DNA of 58,424 bases, the filler included, from a bacterium (lineage in GTDB: Bacteria > UBA9089 > CG2-30-40-21 > SBAY01): the NCBI GenBank assembly GCA_040757115.1. It is 4 parts of 4 records of this genome, joined end to end, with 100 filler letters (N's around TTAATTAATTAA, not from the genome) between each part and the next. Parts side by side here need not be neighbours in the genome. Positions count along the whole stretch, not along the records: positions 29,650 to 44,030 come from JBFLYA010000092.1; 3 more parts are not named here. One strand, 5' to 3'. Under the pieces are notes generated by a model that was not told the DNA's origin, searched no databases, and saw nothing but the letters and a program-made list of their open reading frames with translations. Made by a program: the position numbers and the translations under genes. Positions 29,650 to 40,478 of the stretch are shown piece by piece; position 1 is the stretch's first letter; every line of letters starts with the position of its first letter.

Positions 29650-29775
29650 TGATTGTGGAAAACAACAAATTTCCATAAATTTCTATTAGTTTCTATTAAT
29701 TTCAATTTTTTTAATAATATCTCCCTATCTCCTTAATCTCCACATCTCCTTTTGTTACACCACCTGAACGCTTAC
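29650..29775 (-). repeat. GTAAGCGTTCAG-terminated element (copy of 14699-14820)
   Basis: Reverse complement match; supplies the last codons of the acyltransferase ORF. Confidence 0.8.
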
Positions 29776-30457
29776 TTCTTATCAAACAAAATTCATCTGC
29801 TTGTTCAGTGATAGCATTTAACTTTTGCTTTAATATTTGACTCTCCTCGCTTACATCTTTTTTTTCAGATATCTGGTATGGTTTTCCAAAAATTATTATT
29901 CCTTGAGTAAAAGGATACGGGATTTGAAATTTATCCCATGCCTTTTCCAATATCCACTTTTTTTTAACCGCGGTGGTTAATGGGACAATGTATGCCTTTT
30001 TCTTTTTTGCAAGAGATATTATTCCTTCTTTTGGTTCATAAATAGGTCCTGTTGGTCCATCAACAGCAAAGCCAAAATCATCACCCTGTTTTGTTTGCTT
30101 TATCAGTTCTAATAATGCTCTTGTTCCTCCTCTTGTTGTTGAACCACGAAATATTCTGCATCCAAATCTTTTTAAAATCCTGCTTTGATATTCTCCATCA
30201 CGACTTAAACTAACCATTATCACAATCTGGCGATGACTCATATATGGCACCAGAAGGAATTGTCTCCCATGCCAGAAGGCATAAATCAGAGTTTTTCCTT
30301 CTTGTTTTAATTGCCTGATATTTTCTTCTCCAATAACTTTTATTTTTAAGGTGTTATAAAGTAATCTAATCAGTAAATGTGCTAAAAAAGGGATAATCAA
30401 GTTTAAAAACTTTTGTTTCACTAATATACTTTTATCATAAATTTTCCTTCTTGTCAA
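29711..30457 (-). CDS. Lysophospholipid acyltransferase family (DUF374) protein
   Basis: YAFWHGR, SLSRDGE, RGSTTRGG, VDGPTGP, WDKFQIPYPF; true start probably downstream of the TTG called. Confidence 0.85.
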   Translation of the reverse strand: MTRRKIYDKSILVKQKFLNLIIPFLAHLLIRLLYNTLKIKVIGEENIRQLKQEGKTLIYAFWHGRQFLLVPYMSHRQIVIMVSLSRDGEYQSRILKRFGCRIFRGSTTRGGTRALLELIKQTKQGDDFGFAVDGPTGPIYEPKEGIISLAKKKKAYIVPLTTAVKKKWILEKAWDKFQIPYPFTQGIIIFGKPYQISEKKDVSEESQILKQKLNAITEQADEFCLIRSKRSGGVTKGDVEIKEIGRYY

Positions 30458-30505
30458 GGAAAAAAAGTATAACTCCTAATCATCCACCATTCCAATTGTC
30501 CCGGG

Positions 30506-31426
30506 TCATCTCACATCAAATCTAAAAGTAACCGCAAGGCGGTGGGTATTGCCCAATTCATCATAAGGCACAAAGGCATAATCTACCTGGTAGTGTTTGA
30601 TATTGCATCCAAATCCGCAGGTAATTCCCGTGCCAAAGTCTTTAAATATCTGTGAATTAAATCCACCACGCAAGGCAACTAAGTTTCTAAACCATAATTC
30701 AAGCCCAAGATTTATCTTCCAATTATTATCTATTGGTTTTGTTAAATCACAGGTAACCGCTAATGGTTGTTCTTTAAATCGATAAGCACTACCCAATTTA
30801 AGGGTTAATGGTAAGCTATCTCCTTCAACCGCAAATTTTATCTTTGGTCCCACATTTTGAAGAACGGTAGCTAAAGTCAAACCTTCCATTGGCGTCTGGT
30901 ATAATTGACCAATATCAATTGCAAATGAGGATGCTTCTTCTTGTTCTATCTTTTGCACAATTCCTTTAATTGTCATACCAATGCAGATAGATTCAGTGAT
31001 AATCGAGGTATAACTGAAGGCAAAGGCAGTATCTCTGGCAGAGAAATTGCCGGTGCTTTCATCTGGCGAATCGGCATAACCAGGAATTTTCCCTGCATCT
31101 AAGTAGATGATATTAAAACCCATTGCCTTTTTGCTGGAAACAGGGAAGGCAAAACCCAGAAACCCATGACCAATGCCTTCAAACCAATCATTATATACCG
31201 TAGATATTTCAGGTTTAGTCAATTGTGTTAAGCCCGCGGGATTCCAATAGACAGCGGTAATGTCATCGGCTAAGGCACAAAATCCTTCACCCATAGCCAC
31301 CGCTCTGGCACCAACACCTATCTTTAAAAAAGGCACACCTGCCGTCCCTTTAGACGATTTTGCCCAACAGTTACTACTTGTGATTAGAATAAGTGAACTT
31401 ATTAAAATTAATAGTTTATACCTCAT
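30506..31426 (-). CDS. PorV/PorQ-family outer-membrane beta-barrel
   Basis: FLKIGVGARAVAMG, YWNPAGL, DYAFVPYDELGNTHR. Confidence 0.85.
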   Translation of the reverse strand: MRYKLLILISSLILITSSNCWAKSSKGTAGVPFLKIGVGARAVAMGEGFCALADDITAVYWNPAGLTQLTKPEISTVYNDWFEGIGHGFLGFAFPVSSKKAMGFNIIYLDAGKIPGYADSPDESTGNFSARDTAFAFSYTSIITESICIGMTIKGIVQKIEQEEASSFAIDIGQLYQTPMEGLTLATVLQNVGPKIKFAVEGDSLPLTLKLGSAYRFKEQPLAVTCDLTKPIDNNWKINLGLELWFRNLVALRGGFNSQIFKDFGTGITCGFGCNIKHYQVDYAFVPYDELGNTHRLAVTFRFDVR

Positions 31427-31487
31427 TTATTTCTCTCCTTTTTGAAAGCGTTCGGGTTCTTCTATTTGAACGCTGATATCTGAATGC

Positions 31488-31943
31488 TTACTCTTTTTTT
31501 ACCAGTTGTAATACTTCTAAGTCTGCCTGGTCTTGTTTACGATTTAAACTTTGTTTATTTTTTATTAATTCCTTGATGCCAATAAAAAATACCTTTTCTT
31601 TTCCATAGATTCCAACCTCTTTCCCAACCCACACTTCTTTGAAACTACAACCTTCAATAGAGGTTATTATATCTACTCTTACAGGTTCATAGCCTAATTG
31701 AATAATTTTACCTGATTGAGCAAAATCAGATGCTTTCAATTCTAAACTCTCAAATCCAAATTCATTTAGTGTTTTGATAATTCTTTTACTATTTGCAAGA
31801 GCAGGTTCTACCAGAATATCTATATCCTTTGTATATCTTGGTTTAGCATAAAAGGCGACTGCATACGCTCCAACAATGCAGTATTTCACCTTATTTTTGT
31901 TCAATAACATTAATAACTCTTCGAAATCTTTTTCTATCCTCAT
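31488..31943 (-). CDS. Nucleotidyltransferase (DUF6036-like, putative TA component)
   Basis: VGAYAVAFYAKPRYTKDIDI, NK....R.QDQADLE. Confidence 0.8.
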   Translation of the reverse strand: MRIEKDFEELLMLLNKNKVKYCIVGAYAVAFYAKPRYTKDIDILVEPALANSKRIIKTLNEFGFESLELKASDFAQSGKIIQLGYEPVRVDIITSIEGCSFKEVWVGKEVGIYGKEKVFFIGIKELIKNKQSLNRKQDQADLEVLQLVKKE

Positions 31944-32091
31944 TCTTTGTCCCAATAAGTTTATAATAACATTCCCTTAAGAGTTGGACTGTTTCCAACC
32001 TTTCTTTAGCGGTCATTTTTAAATAATAATCCCTATCAAATTGTTCTGCATCTGCAAATGAATCTGTCTTGTTAATCCAAATTTTTTTCAT
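31891..32091 (-). CDS. Small partner protein of the nucleotidyltransferase
   Basis: DRDYYLKMTAKERLETVQLLR pattern; overlaps the NTase start; CAGGAG RBS. Confidence 0.65.
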   Translation of the reverse strand: MKKIWINKTDSFADAEQFDRDYYLKMTAKERLETVQLLRECYYKLIGTKNEDRKRFRRVINVIEQK

Positions 32092-32188
32092 TGCCTTCTC
32101 CTGAAAATAGCGAATTAGCGAATTAGTGAATTAAGCGAATTAGAAGGAAAATTCCCCCTGTGAGTTGTAGACTCATGACCATTTCCCT

Positions 32189-35100
32189 TTATTTTATTAT
32201 CGCCACTTTCCCACTTACCTTCTCGCCTTTTTCATTTGTAATAATATAGATGTAGACGCCCGAGGCGATTCTTTCACCAGCATTATTGACTATGGGCCAG
32301 AAATAGGGATTATCTGTAATATCATCTTTATTAAATACCAATTCACCTGCAATATTGTATATCCATAGATTTACTTTACCAGATAGGTTGTAAAATTTAA
32401 CTTCTTTATGTCCCTCTCGGAGTTTAAATGGATTTGGATAGACAATGACACTTTTGAGATTAGTTATTGGTGCGGCAACAACAAAGATTGACAATTGATT
32501 AACCTCATAGGCGGTAACTAAATCCTTATCCTTATCTACTATCTGTTTTCCTGCCACCAACTCAAAATGGTCTCCAGCAAGTCTATAGATGCGGTATGCC
32601 AGGTCATCATCTTCATTCTTCATATCCGGGTCAGAATACGGCAGAGTAATAATAAGAGATTTACCTGTAACTGGTTGAGTTCCTTTTCCATAATAATCTT
32701 TTTCCAATGCCAGCAGTTCTCGTCCAGAATTACTTAAAATACTACTTATAATCGGAGAAGCCTTTGATAGGTCCGTTTGCGGTGGGTCAACCTGACGAAT
32801 GGTAAAGGTAACAGTTGAGTTAAATGCCCCTGTTGGTATTTCAATCACGGTTTGACCACTCTCTAAATTAGAAAGAATGCCCTTTTGTGGATTATTTAGT
32901 GCGATAATTGTCTTTGTCGCTGGATTAACTACCTCTAATTGGTCAACAATCCGAATGCCGTCAGAATAATTGCAGAAATCACTCCAGGTTCCTACTAAAT
33001 TCATTGCACGGAGACGATAATAATATGTCTTTCCTTTTGTTCTATTAGTTATTTCAAAATACTCTGTATTACCCGGAATAGCATTACTCAATGTTGTCCA
33101 GTTAATCATATCCAGACTTTCTTGTAATTCATACAGGGCAATTCCTGATTGGGCATCATCCCACCCCTGCCAGTAAACCGTATAATTTCCATCCATATCA
33201 GCATCAAAGTCGGTTGTCAAACTTCCTTCTGTTGGTGGCAAACCAATTGCAGGTGGCGTCAGGTCAATCGTATTGGTAACTTCATTAGTCACACTCATTG
33301 TTCCGGCAAAAGTGATTTCTGCCTGATTACTTACCTTTGTTGGTGTGCCAATAACCATGGCTTTAAATGTAACACTCCCAGAACCCCCTACCGTTACCTT
33401 ACCAATATTCCAGGTAATAGTGCCATTTGAATAGTTACCACTACAATAAATACCGGTTGGTATTTTAATCGAAGTCCAGAAGGGATTTGTCCCTGATTCT
33501 TGCAGATTAATTATACAGCCATTTAAACTCTGTAAGGTAAATCTATCCGTATTGGAGTCATAAGAGATATTTACCTTTGCGGTCATATTTGTGTTTATAT
33601 TCTCAATTAACTCCTGGACCCGTGAAAAATCATTTATTGATGCGGTATAAGTTCCAGAGGAAGTGACTATGGTTATATTTCCATCAACTCCTCCCTTGTC
33701 GAATTGAGTCCAACCATGGTGAACATTCAGATTAAGAATTCCTACACCTGAAATTACCTCGGCATAACTTGTCAATGTAGCCACACTTAAATATGGGTCT
33801 AAGCTATCTATAATCTCAACATTCTCGGCATCCATTAAACCAGTATTACGATAATTGATAGTATAGGTCAAGATTTTATTTAAGGGAATACCATCTTGAG
33901 GAGATACATCCTTGGTTGAGTATCTGAACTCCGGGATAGAAGTAACAGTTCCAATAACCTCATTAGTCACACAATCTGGCATAAAATCCGCCTTAATCGT
34001 AGCTTTATTTTTGATTAAAGTGCCATTGGCTAGCGGCATCTTAATCCTGGCTTTAAAACTGACACTGCCCGGAGTATTTCTCTGTCCTAAATTCCATTTG
34101 ATAGTGCGATTATTTTGGTTGTATTCACCATTATTTGATAGCGTTTCAACAGTTAAGTGCTCATCTACTACATCCCAAATTTCAACCCCTGTAGCAGAAA
34201 GACTACTGGTATTGATATAATTGATAGTATAAGTTAGGACATTATCCGGGATAAAACTACCTGAACAAGTCTTAGAAGATGACCCAAAATCAGGCGATAG
34301 AATAGTTAATGTTCCCGGTTTGGCTAAGATAGGCGTAGATATTTGATTGGAATTAAATACCGCAGTATTATTCGGAATAGGTGTTCCATTAGGAAGTTTT
34401 GGAACCACTCGAGAATTGAATTGGACATAGCCACTTCCACTAGGATTAATATTGCCAATCTGCCAGGTAATTGTTCCCTTATTATATTGACCATTATTCA
34501 TCGGGGTGATATTGGTCAAATGAGAGGTTAACTGATCAACAATATTTACTCCCGTGAGGGTATTACTACCATTATTGGTGTAGGAAATGGTATAAATTAA
34601 GGTATCATCCGGTTTAACTTTATCTCCTTGAATATTTACCACCTTCCGCAAGGTTATAATTTCTGTAATCACCCGATTAGTTACTTTATTCGTATCTTTA
34701 GAACTTGTACCAGAACTTGTATCCCAGGTAAATGTAGCTATGTTATCGATTAAGGTATCATTAGGGGTGTTAGTTCCTACCTTTACCCTAAGATAAACTG
34801 ACCCACCAGAATTAGCTCCAATAGTACCAATATTCCAGGTTACTACCCTCTTTGAGTATGTTCCATTAGTGGCAGTGCCAAGTTGGAGGTATTGGTTAGT
34901 GGCAGTGCCAAATTGTAGGTATTGGTTTAAGGTATCTGTAATCTTAAAATTCGTTGCCTTACCTAATCCTTCATTATAGAATTTTATGGTATATGTTATT
35001 TCATCACCTGGCTTAACAGTGCCAATAGGAGAGTTTAACTTTTTATTTAAATTTGAATTACTAAAGTCTGCACAAGATGTAAAGGCATAAAGTGTGCCAT

Positions 35101-38100
35101 CAGAAGAAGCGATATAAAGTATTCCCTCAACAATAGCAGGGGATGAATAGATTTGGTTAGGACCTGTATAATATTTCCATAGTTCAGTGCCTATATCTAC
35201 ATCCAGTCCGTAGACATAGCCATCATTTGCCCCAAAATATACTACACCGTTAGCTACCGCAGGTGAAGATTCAATCTTGGTGCCAATAAGATGAGCCCAT
35301 TTTAGCTTACCATCTTTATTTATCGCATATAAATAACCATCATTAGCGCCACAAAATATTACCTGATTTGCTATTGCAGGTGAGGAATGGACTTTATCAT
35401 TGGTTTTATATTTCCATTTTTCATTCCCTGAATAGGCATCAATAGCATAGATATAATTATCGTCTGAGGCAACATATACCACTCCATCTTTGACGGCAGG
35501 GGATGAAAATATTGCTCCAACAGTGCCAAATCGCCACTTAAAGTCACCAGATGTTGTCAGACAATAAAGATTACCATCTGCAGAACCAAAATATACCCTT
35601 CCATTAACCACTGCGGGTGAAGATTGGATTTCACCACCTGTAGGATAAACCCATTTTTGCTCACCATCTACAATGGATAAGGCATATAATCTACCATTTC
35701 TGCCACCAATATAAAGTATTCCCTCGGATACGGCTGGAGATGATAAATGGACATTCTCCCCTAATTGTTTTGCCCATTTAAGTTCAGGGTTGGTACTCCA
35801 GCAATATATCCAGCCGTTAGAATCTGCGGTATAAAGTCTATCTCTGACGATAGCCGGTGTAGAATTAATATAAGCATTGGTGCTAAAACTACCCGTTAGA
35901 CTCTCTGTCTGGACATTAAAGACATACACCTTGTTATCCATAGAAGCGATATAAAGTTTTCCATCGGCGATAATTGGTGAAGAAAGAATTGAACTACTTG
36001 TCTTAGTACTCCATTTAACTTGCAGTGGTGGCCGAATAACCTCACGAAAATCATACCCTTCATGAGCAAGATTAAAATGAAACATAGGCCAATCATCACT
36101 CTCAGAATTACTTTCTGGAGTAGTTACAGATACTTTATTTGTCAACCACGGAAGCGTCCGAGTACCCTCAATAATACTCCCTTGATTTGTAATTGTGCCT
36201 GCTGGAAGTGGGGCACGAACAGTGGCATTGAAGCTTACCTGACCACCGTGTTCTGGTAATATATCACCTAAATTCCAGGTAATTGTTGCTCCAACATACA
36301 CACCATTGTTAGAAATATTAGTGATAGAACATAGCTTAGCATCTATTCTATCTTCAATTACTACATTGGTAGCCGTTCCATTACCCGTATTTTTATATTT
36401 AATCGTAAAAGTTAATACTGTTCCAGGAAGAACCTCTCCTTCTGGATAAACAGATTTTTGCGCAGTTGAGAAATCAGGGGTAGGGGCTTGTTTGACAGAA
36501 GTGGTGGCAATGTTACTCCTCTGGAGATAGGTCTGATCAGATTTTATCGTGGCATAGTTAGTAATAGATCCAGTGCCCAGACGGACTTTAAATCTGAGCT
36601 TTTGCCCTATATTTCCCTGTAATAATTCATTTCGTATCCACTTAATTCTCGTTGCCTGCGTAGAAAATATTTCAGTCCAGACACCATTAGTATTAGTAGC
36701 GTAAAGGATAGTATCAATGTTTTCTCCTTCTGCTGGTTCTACCAATTCGGTCAAGGCTGGAATATCATCTATAATTTCCACATTCGAGGCATTGAAATTA
36801 CCACGATTACCGTATTCAATGGTGTAGGTAAGAATATCTTGAGGCGAGGCATAAGTTTTATCAACACTTTTCGTGATGTCCAGGTCAACTATCCCGCAAG
36901 AAAGAAACAGATTAACAAACCCTGCTTTATTGCCCACAATAAGATCAAGTGAACAGGAATTATCATAATCCACTACCCAGGGTGCGGCATTTTTCCCCAC
37001 ATCAATATCACCCTGTCCTTCAATCCTGAGTTTTCGTCCTTTATCCAGAATAGGGTCTTTATCTGTGCCGATATTGAGGAAGACCGTGATAAATCCGTCA
37101 AAATCACCAATGACTAAATCTTTCTTATGGTCACCATTATAATCAACCACAAAAGGAATGGCATTATTTCCAATATCAATTTCTCCCGGAGATGTGGGGC
37201 TACCAAATGATGGATTTACATCTGTGCCTGTATTTAGATAAAGAAGGACATTCCCTGATTTATTTCCCACGACAAGGTCTTTTTTGTCGTCATTATTCCA
37301 ATCAACAACAACTGGTGTAGCATTATCACCGACATCAAGGTTTGTTGTTGGGCTACCGGCCTGGATTATAATCCCGGTGGCAAAAAGTGGGGCATTGTCT
37401 GACTGAATATTTTTAAAATAGATTACCTGACCAAGATTATTGCCACCAATTAAATCTTTTTTTCCATCATTGTTCCAGTCTATCGGAAAAGGTCTGGCAA
37501 GGCCACCGACATCCATATTTTCAGTAAAAGTGCCTTTCTCTGCACTTGTGCCATAGACCTTTAATTCATAGCCACCAGTAAATATAGGCTCTTTATCTGT
37601 TCCGGAATTAAGAAATAATGTGACAAAACCATTTTCATCACCGACAAGGAGGTCTTTACGGTGGTCATTATTAAAGTCAATAATCGCCGGGGTAGAATAC
37701 ACCCCGATTTGAAGTGGGGAAGGCGGTCCTTGAACCTTAGAGCTAAAACTAAATTGAGGCGGTTGGTATGGATAATCGTTTAAAAATACATGGATAGAGC
37801 CACATTCTACACCAACCAATAAATCCAAACCACCATCCTTATTCCAATCCATCACCAGCGGCGCAGCCCTTTGCCCAACATCAATATCTAAATTACCGAC
37901 TTTAATCTTTTGTCCCGGCTCAAAGGTTAAGATTCTATTTCCTATCAAAGGAATAAGTCCCTGCGTATTGGTGCCAGAAGTTACTACCCCTTTAAATAAA
38001 AAGACATTTCCCTCGCCATTGCCAATAATCAGGTCTTTTGTGCCATCACCATTCCAATCAGCGACCTGCGGCATAGCAAATTGACCGACATCAATAAAAT

Positions 38101-39604
38101 TGGTAGCTGTGCCAGTAACCGCTTGTGAACCAACATTCATTCTAAAGCCATAATTAAAAGACGGCATATCATCACTACCGATATTTTTAAAAAACCAGAC
38201 ATTGCCCGGGTCATCACCAATCAAAAGGTCTTTTTTACCATCTTCATCCAAATCAAACATAAAAGGAGCTGACATTTGTCCTATATCAACACTGAGAGAT
38301 TGAGTACCCCATCCTCTTCCTCCATTATATAGTATAGTGCTATTATCACCTACTGTCCAACTATGAGTACCATATTTACAGAATACAGAGTATAGGTTAC
38401 TGGTCACGCCAGCATTTTTACTCTCCCAGGTATCATTATTATATTGTAAGATAGTTCCATTTGCTCCTACTGCCCAACCGTTATTCGCATCGGCAAAATG
38501 AACAGAGTATAGGTTAGTAGTGACAGTAGAAGGATAGGGAGCCCAGACATTATTGAAATATCGTAAAATTGTTCCATTTGCACCTACAGCCCACATAGTA
38601 GTTGTTTCTGGTAGTCTGGTGATTGAGTATAAATCGGTGACATTAATAGTCACGGCTGTCCAGGTAACTCCACCATCAGTAGTCTGGAGGATAGTACCAG
38701 TGGTATTATCCTTTCTTTCCCCAACTATCCAGCCGGTTTTTGCATCTGTGAAGAAGACAGAGTGAAGGTCCTCAGTGACATCAGAAGTTTGTGTTGTCCA
38801 GCTTCCATTAGCATAATGTAAAATAGTTCCTCTATCTCCAACTGCCCAGCCGTTATTAGAATCAACAAAAAAGACCGAATGCAAATTTGTTGCTGTGCCA
38901 AATGTTCTACTTTCCCAGATAGGTGTATTTTGTGCCGCCGGGATGTAATAATGAAGGATGGTGTTGTTATTACCGACTGCCCAGCCTTCATTTGAATTAA
39001 GGAAATAGACGCTATTTATATTTTGATTGATGTTACTTTGTTGAGGCATCCAGGTGTTGCCACCATCAATAGTTTGGAATATGACGCCATTATCTCCAAC
39101 TATCCACCCTGTTGTCGGACTGATAAAATGGACACCTCTTAAGGTCTGATTTGCCAGTGATATTTCAGTTGGTGTGCCAACAAAAGGTGGATTAGCCTGC
39201 ATTGGAAAGCGTGTAATTGTGCCATACTCATTCCCAACAATTAAATCGAGTAAGTCATTCTTATCAAAATCAATAACAAAAGGAGTAGCAAATTTACCAA
39301 CATTTATCGGTTGTTGATTGGAGGCAAATTGAACTTGAACACCGGTGTTAAAGGTAGGATTAAACTCTGTGCCTGTATTGCGAAAAAACCAGACATAACC
39401 TTCTTTATCACCAACGACTAAATCTCTTAGCCCATCTCTATCCCAATCGAGCTGAGCCGGGGTAGCATTCCAGCCAATATCTAATTCATAGGTCTGGAGA
39501 TAACTCCCTCCCTCTTTAAATACAGGCATAGAGGCAAAACAAACTTGCATTATCCCGAAGACTAACAAGGCTGTAGTTGAAAAAAGGGCTTTTGGGTTCA
39601 TCAA
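32189..39604 (-). CDS. Giant secreted protein (2471 aa): FG-GAP/VCBS repeats, YCF48-like and PQQ-like propellers, DUF11 repeats, FN3, T9SS-type C-terminal sorting domain
   Basis: DWNxDGxKDLxxG, GWAVGxxGTIL, SSPAVxxGxVYxxSxD repeats, TYTIxYxNxG; C-terminal VYPNPF...IYNIAGELV...ASGVYIY...GKVAIIK. Confidence 0.88.
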   Translation of the reverse strand: MMNPKALFSTTALLVFGIMQVCFASMPVFKEGGSYLQTYELDIGWNATPAQLDWDRDGLRDLVVGDKEGYVWFFRNTGTEFNPTFNTGVQVQFASNQQPINVGKFATPFVIDFDKNDLLDLIVGNEYGTITRFPMQANPPFVGTPTEISLANQTLRGVHFISPTTGWIVGDNGVIFQTIDGGNTWMPQQSNINQNINSVYFLNSNEGWAVGNNNTILHYYIPAAQNTPIWESRTFGTATNLHSVFFVDSNNGWAVGDRGTILHYANGSWTTQTSDVTEDLHSVFFTDAKTGWIVGERKDNTTGTILQTTDGGVTWTAVTINVTDLYSITRLPETTTMWAVGANGTILRYFNNVWAPYPSTVTTNLYSVHFADANNGWAVGANGTILQYNNDTWESKNAGVTSNLYSVFCKYGTHSWTVGDNSTILYNGGRGWGTQSLSVDIGQMSAPFMFDLDEDGKKDLLIGDDPGNVWFFKNIGSDDMPSFNYGFRMNVGSQAVTGTATNFIDVGQFAMPQVADWNGDGTKDLIIGNGEGNVFLFKGVVTSGTNTQGLIPLIGNRILTFEPGQKIKVGNLDIDVGQRAAPLVMDWNKDGGLDLLVGVECGSIHVFLNDYPYQPPQFSFSSKVQGPPSPLQIGVYSTPAIIDFNNDHRKDLLVGDENGFVTLFLNSGTDKEPIFTGGYELKVYGTSAEKGTFTENMDVGGLARPFPIDWNNDGKKDLIGGNNLGQVIYFKNIQSDNAPLFATGIIIQAGSPTTNLDVGDNATPVVVDWNNDDKKDLVVGNKSGNVLLYLNTGTDVNPSFGSPTSPGEIDIGNNAIPFVVDYNGDHKKDLVIGDFDGFITVFLNIGTDKDPILDKGRKLRIEGQGDIDVGKNAAPWVVDYDNSCSLDLIVGNKAGFVNLFLSCGIVDLDITKSVDKTYASPQDILTYTIEYGNRGNFNASNVEIIDDIPALTELVEPAEGENIDTILYATNTNGVWTEIFSTQATRIKWIRNELLQGNIGQKLRFKVRLGTGSITNYATIKSDQTYLQRSNIATTSVKQAPTPDFSTAQKSVYPEGEVLPGTVLTFTIKYKNTGNGTATNVVIEDRIDAKLCSITNISNNGVYVGATITWNLGDILPEHGGQVSFNATVRAPLPAGTITNQGSIIEGTRTLPWLTNKVSVTTPESNSESDDWPMFHFNLAHEGYDFREVIRPPLQVKWSTKTSSSILSSPIIADGKLYIASMDNKVYVFNVQTESLTGSFSTNAYINSTPAIVRDRLYTADSNGWIYCWSTNPELKWAKQLGENVHLSSPAVSEGILYIGGRNGRLYALSIVDGEQKWVYPTGGEIQSSPAVVNGRVYFGSADGNLYCLTTSGDFKWRFGTVGAIFSSPAVKDGVVYVASDDNYIYAIDAYSGNEKWKYKTNDKVHSSPAIANQVIFCGANDGYLYAINKDGKLKWAHLIGTKIESSPAVANGVVYFGANDGYVYGLDVDIGTELWKYYTGPNQIYSSPAIVEGILYIASSDGTLYAFTSCADFSNSNLNKKLNSPIGTVKPGDEITYTIKFYNEGLGKATNFKITDTLNQYLQFGTATNQYLQLGTATNGTYSKRVVTWNIGTIGANSGGSVYLRVKVGTNTPNDTLIDNIATFTWDTSSGTSSKDTNKVTNRVITEIITLRKVVNIQGDKVKPDDTLIYTISYTNNGSNTLTGVNIVDQLTSHLTNITPMNNGQYNKGTITWQIGNINPSGSGYVQFNSRVVPKLPNGTPIPNNTAVFNSNQISTPILAKPGTLTILSPDFGSSSKTCSGSFIPDNVLTYTINYINTSSLSATGVEIWDVVDEHLTVETLSNNGEYNQNNRTIKWNLGQRNTPGSVSFKARIKMPLANGTLIKNKATIKADFMPDCVTNEVIGTVTSIPEFRYSTKDVSPQDGIPLNKILTYTINYRNTGLMDAENVEIIDSLDPYLSVATLTSYAEVISGVGILNLNVHHGWTQFDKGGVDGNITIVTSSGTYTASINDFSRVQELIENINTNMTAKVNISYDSNTDRFTLQSLNGCIINLQESGTNPFWTSIKIPTGIYCSGNYSNGTITWNIGKVTVGGSGSVTFKAMVIGTPTKVSNQAEITFAGTMSVTNEVTNTIDLTPPAIGLPPTEGSLTTDFDADMDGNYTVYWQGWDDAQSGIALYELQESLDMINWTTLSNAIPGNTEYFEITNRTKGKTYYYRLRAMNLVGTWSDFCNYSDGIRIVDQLEVVNPATKTIIALNNPQKGILSNLESGQTVIEIPTGAFNSTVTFTIRQVDPPQTDLSKASPIISSILSNSGRELLALEKDYYGKGTQPVTGKSLIITLPYSDPDMKNEDDDLAYRIYRLAGDHFELVAGKQIVDKDKDLVTAYEVNQLSIFVVAAPITNLKSVIVYPNPFKLREGHKEVKFYNLSGKVNLWIYNIAGELVFNKDDITDNPYFWPIVNNAGERIASGVYIYIITNEKGEKVSGKVAIIK

Positions 39605-39634
39605 TTCTATTCCTTCTGGAAATATCCAGCTATC

Positions 39635-39943
39635 GTAAGCGGTAACTCTTCACCGCAGAGACACAGAGACGCAGAGAAAAACACACCCCTACCCCCTCTC
39701 AAGAGGGGAAAATCTATGGACGAGAGGCACACCAATCTGGCTTGCCTGCTGAAGATTCGGCAAGCAGGCCTTATGTATTTCAATAGCTGCACCAATAATC
39801 TTTTCTGTTATCTGATTTATTTCTACGTCTTCTCTCTGTTCCTCTGCGTCTCTGCGGTAAAGGATTACCCTGAACGGTTACCGCTTTTTTTAGCTAAAAA
39901 ATGGCTCAATGCTGACAACTGATGGTTGACTGCTGAACGCTTA
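39635..39943 (-). mobile_element. Type A GTAAC-TIR element (39642-39881) nested in a GTAAGCG...CTGAACGCTTA element
   Basis: Termini seen directly; INQITEKIIGAAIEIH remnant on the minus strand. Confidence 0.75.
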
Positions 39944-40071
39944 GCAATAGTTAGATACATAGAGGTTAAAAGACAGAGGTCAGAAGACAGAAATCAAAGG
40001 TTAGAAGACAGATATTAAGGTAATACTTTTAAAATCTGACTTCTGACATCTGATATCTAATTTCTGTAATC

Positions 40072-40100
40072 AGTATACAATATTGTTATAAAAAAGTCAA
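40072..40100 (-). promoter_or_regulatory. Putative sigma70 promoter of the 2471-aa gene, separated from it by MITEs
   Basis: TTGACT-N17-TATACT. Confidence 0.5.
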
Positions 40101-40119
40101 GATTAAAAAAGTTTTTTTT

Positions 40120-40324
40120 GTAATCGGTCAGTTATTTTGGGGGAATGAACATTAACCTACGGAGGACAAAGCAATGAAAATAGTAGGTAAGTAGGTAGTA
40201 GGTAAGTAGGAAAGGGATAAAGGATGTGCACGGTATTCCTCTTGTGGGGGCAATGTCTCCCCCTTTCCTACTTTCCTACTCTCCTACTTCCTACTTTCAG
40301 GAGAATCCCCATTTCACTGACTCC
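40120..40324 (-). repeat. Inverted copy of repeat 1-205
   Basis: Reverse-complement match. Confidence 0.85.
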
Positions 40325-40478
40325 TTATAATAATCTATGCAGGGTTAACCCGTCGGACAGATCAAACAGACAAGTAAAGTGCATTTTATGCACCATTCTG
40401 TTAGATTAACACAAAACTGGTGCGTCCAACGCACCTTACTCAAACTTAAACTTGCACCGGATTGGATGAAAAGATTTT

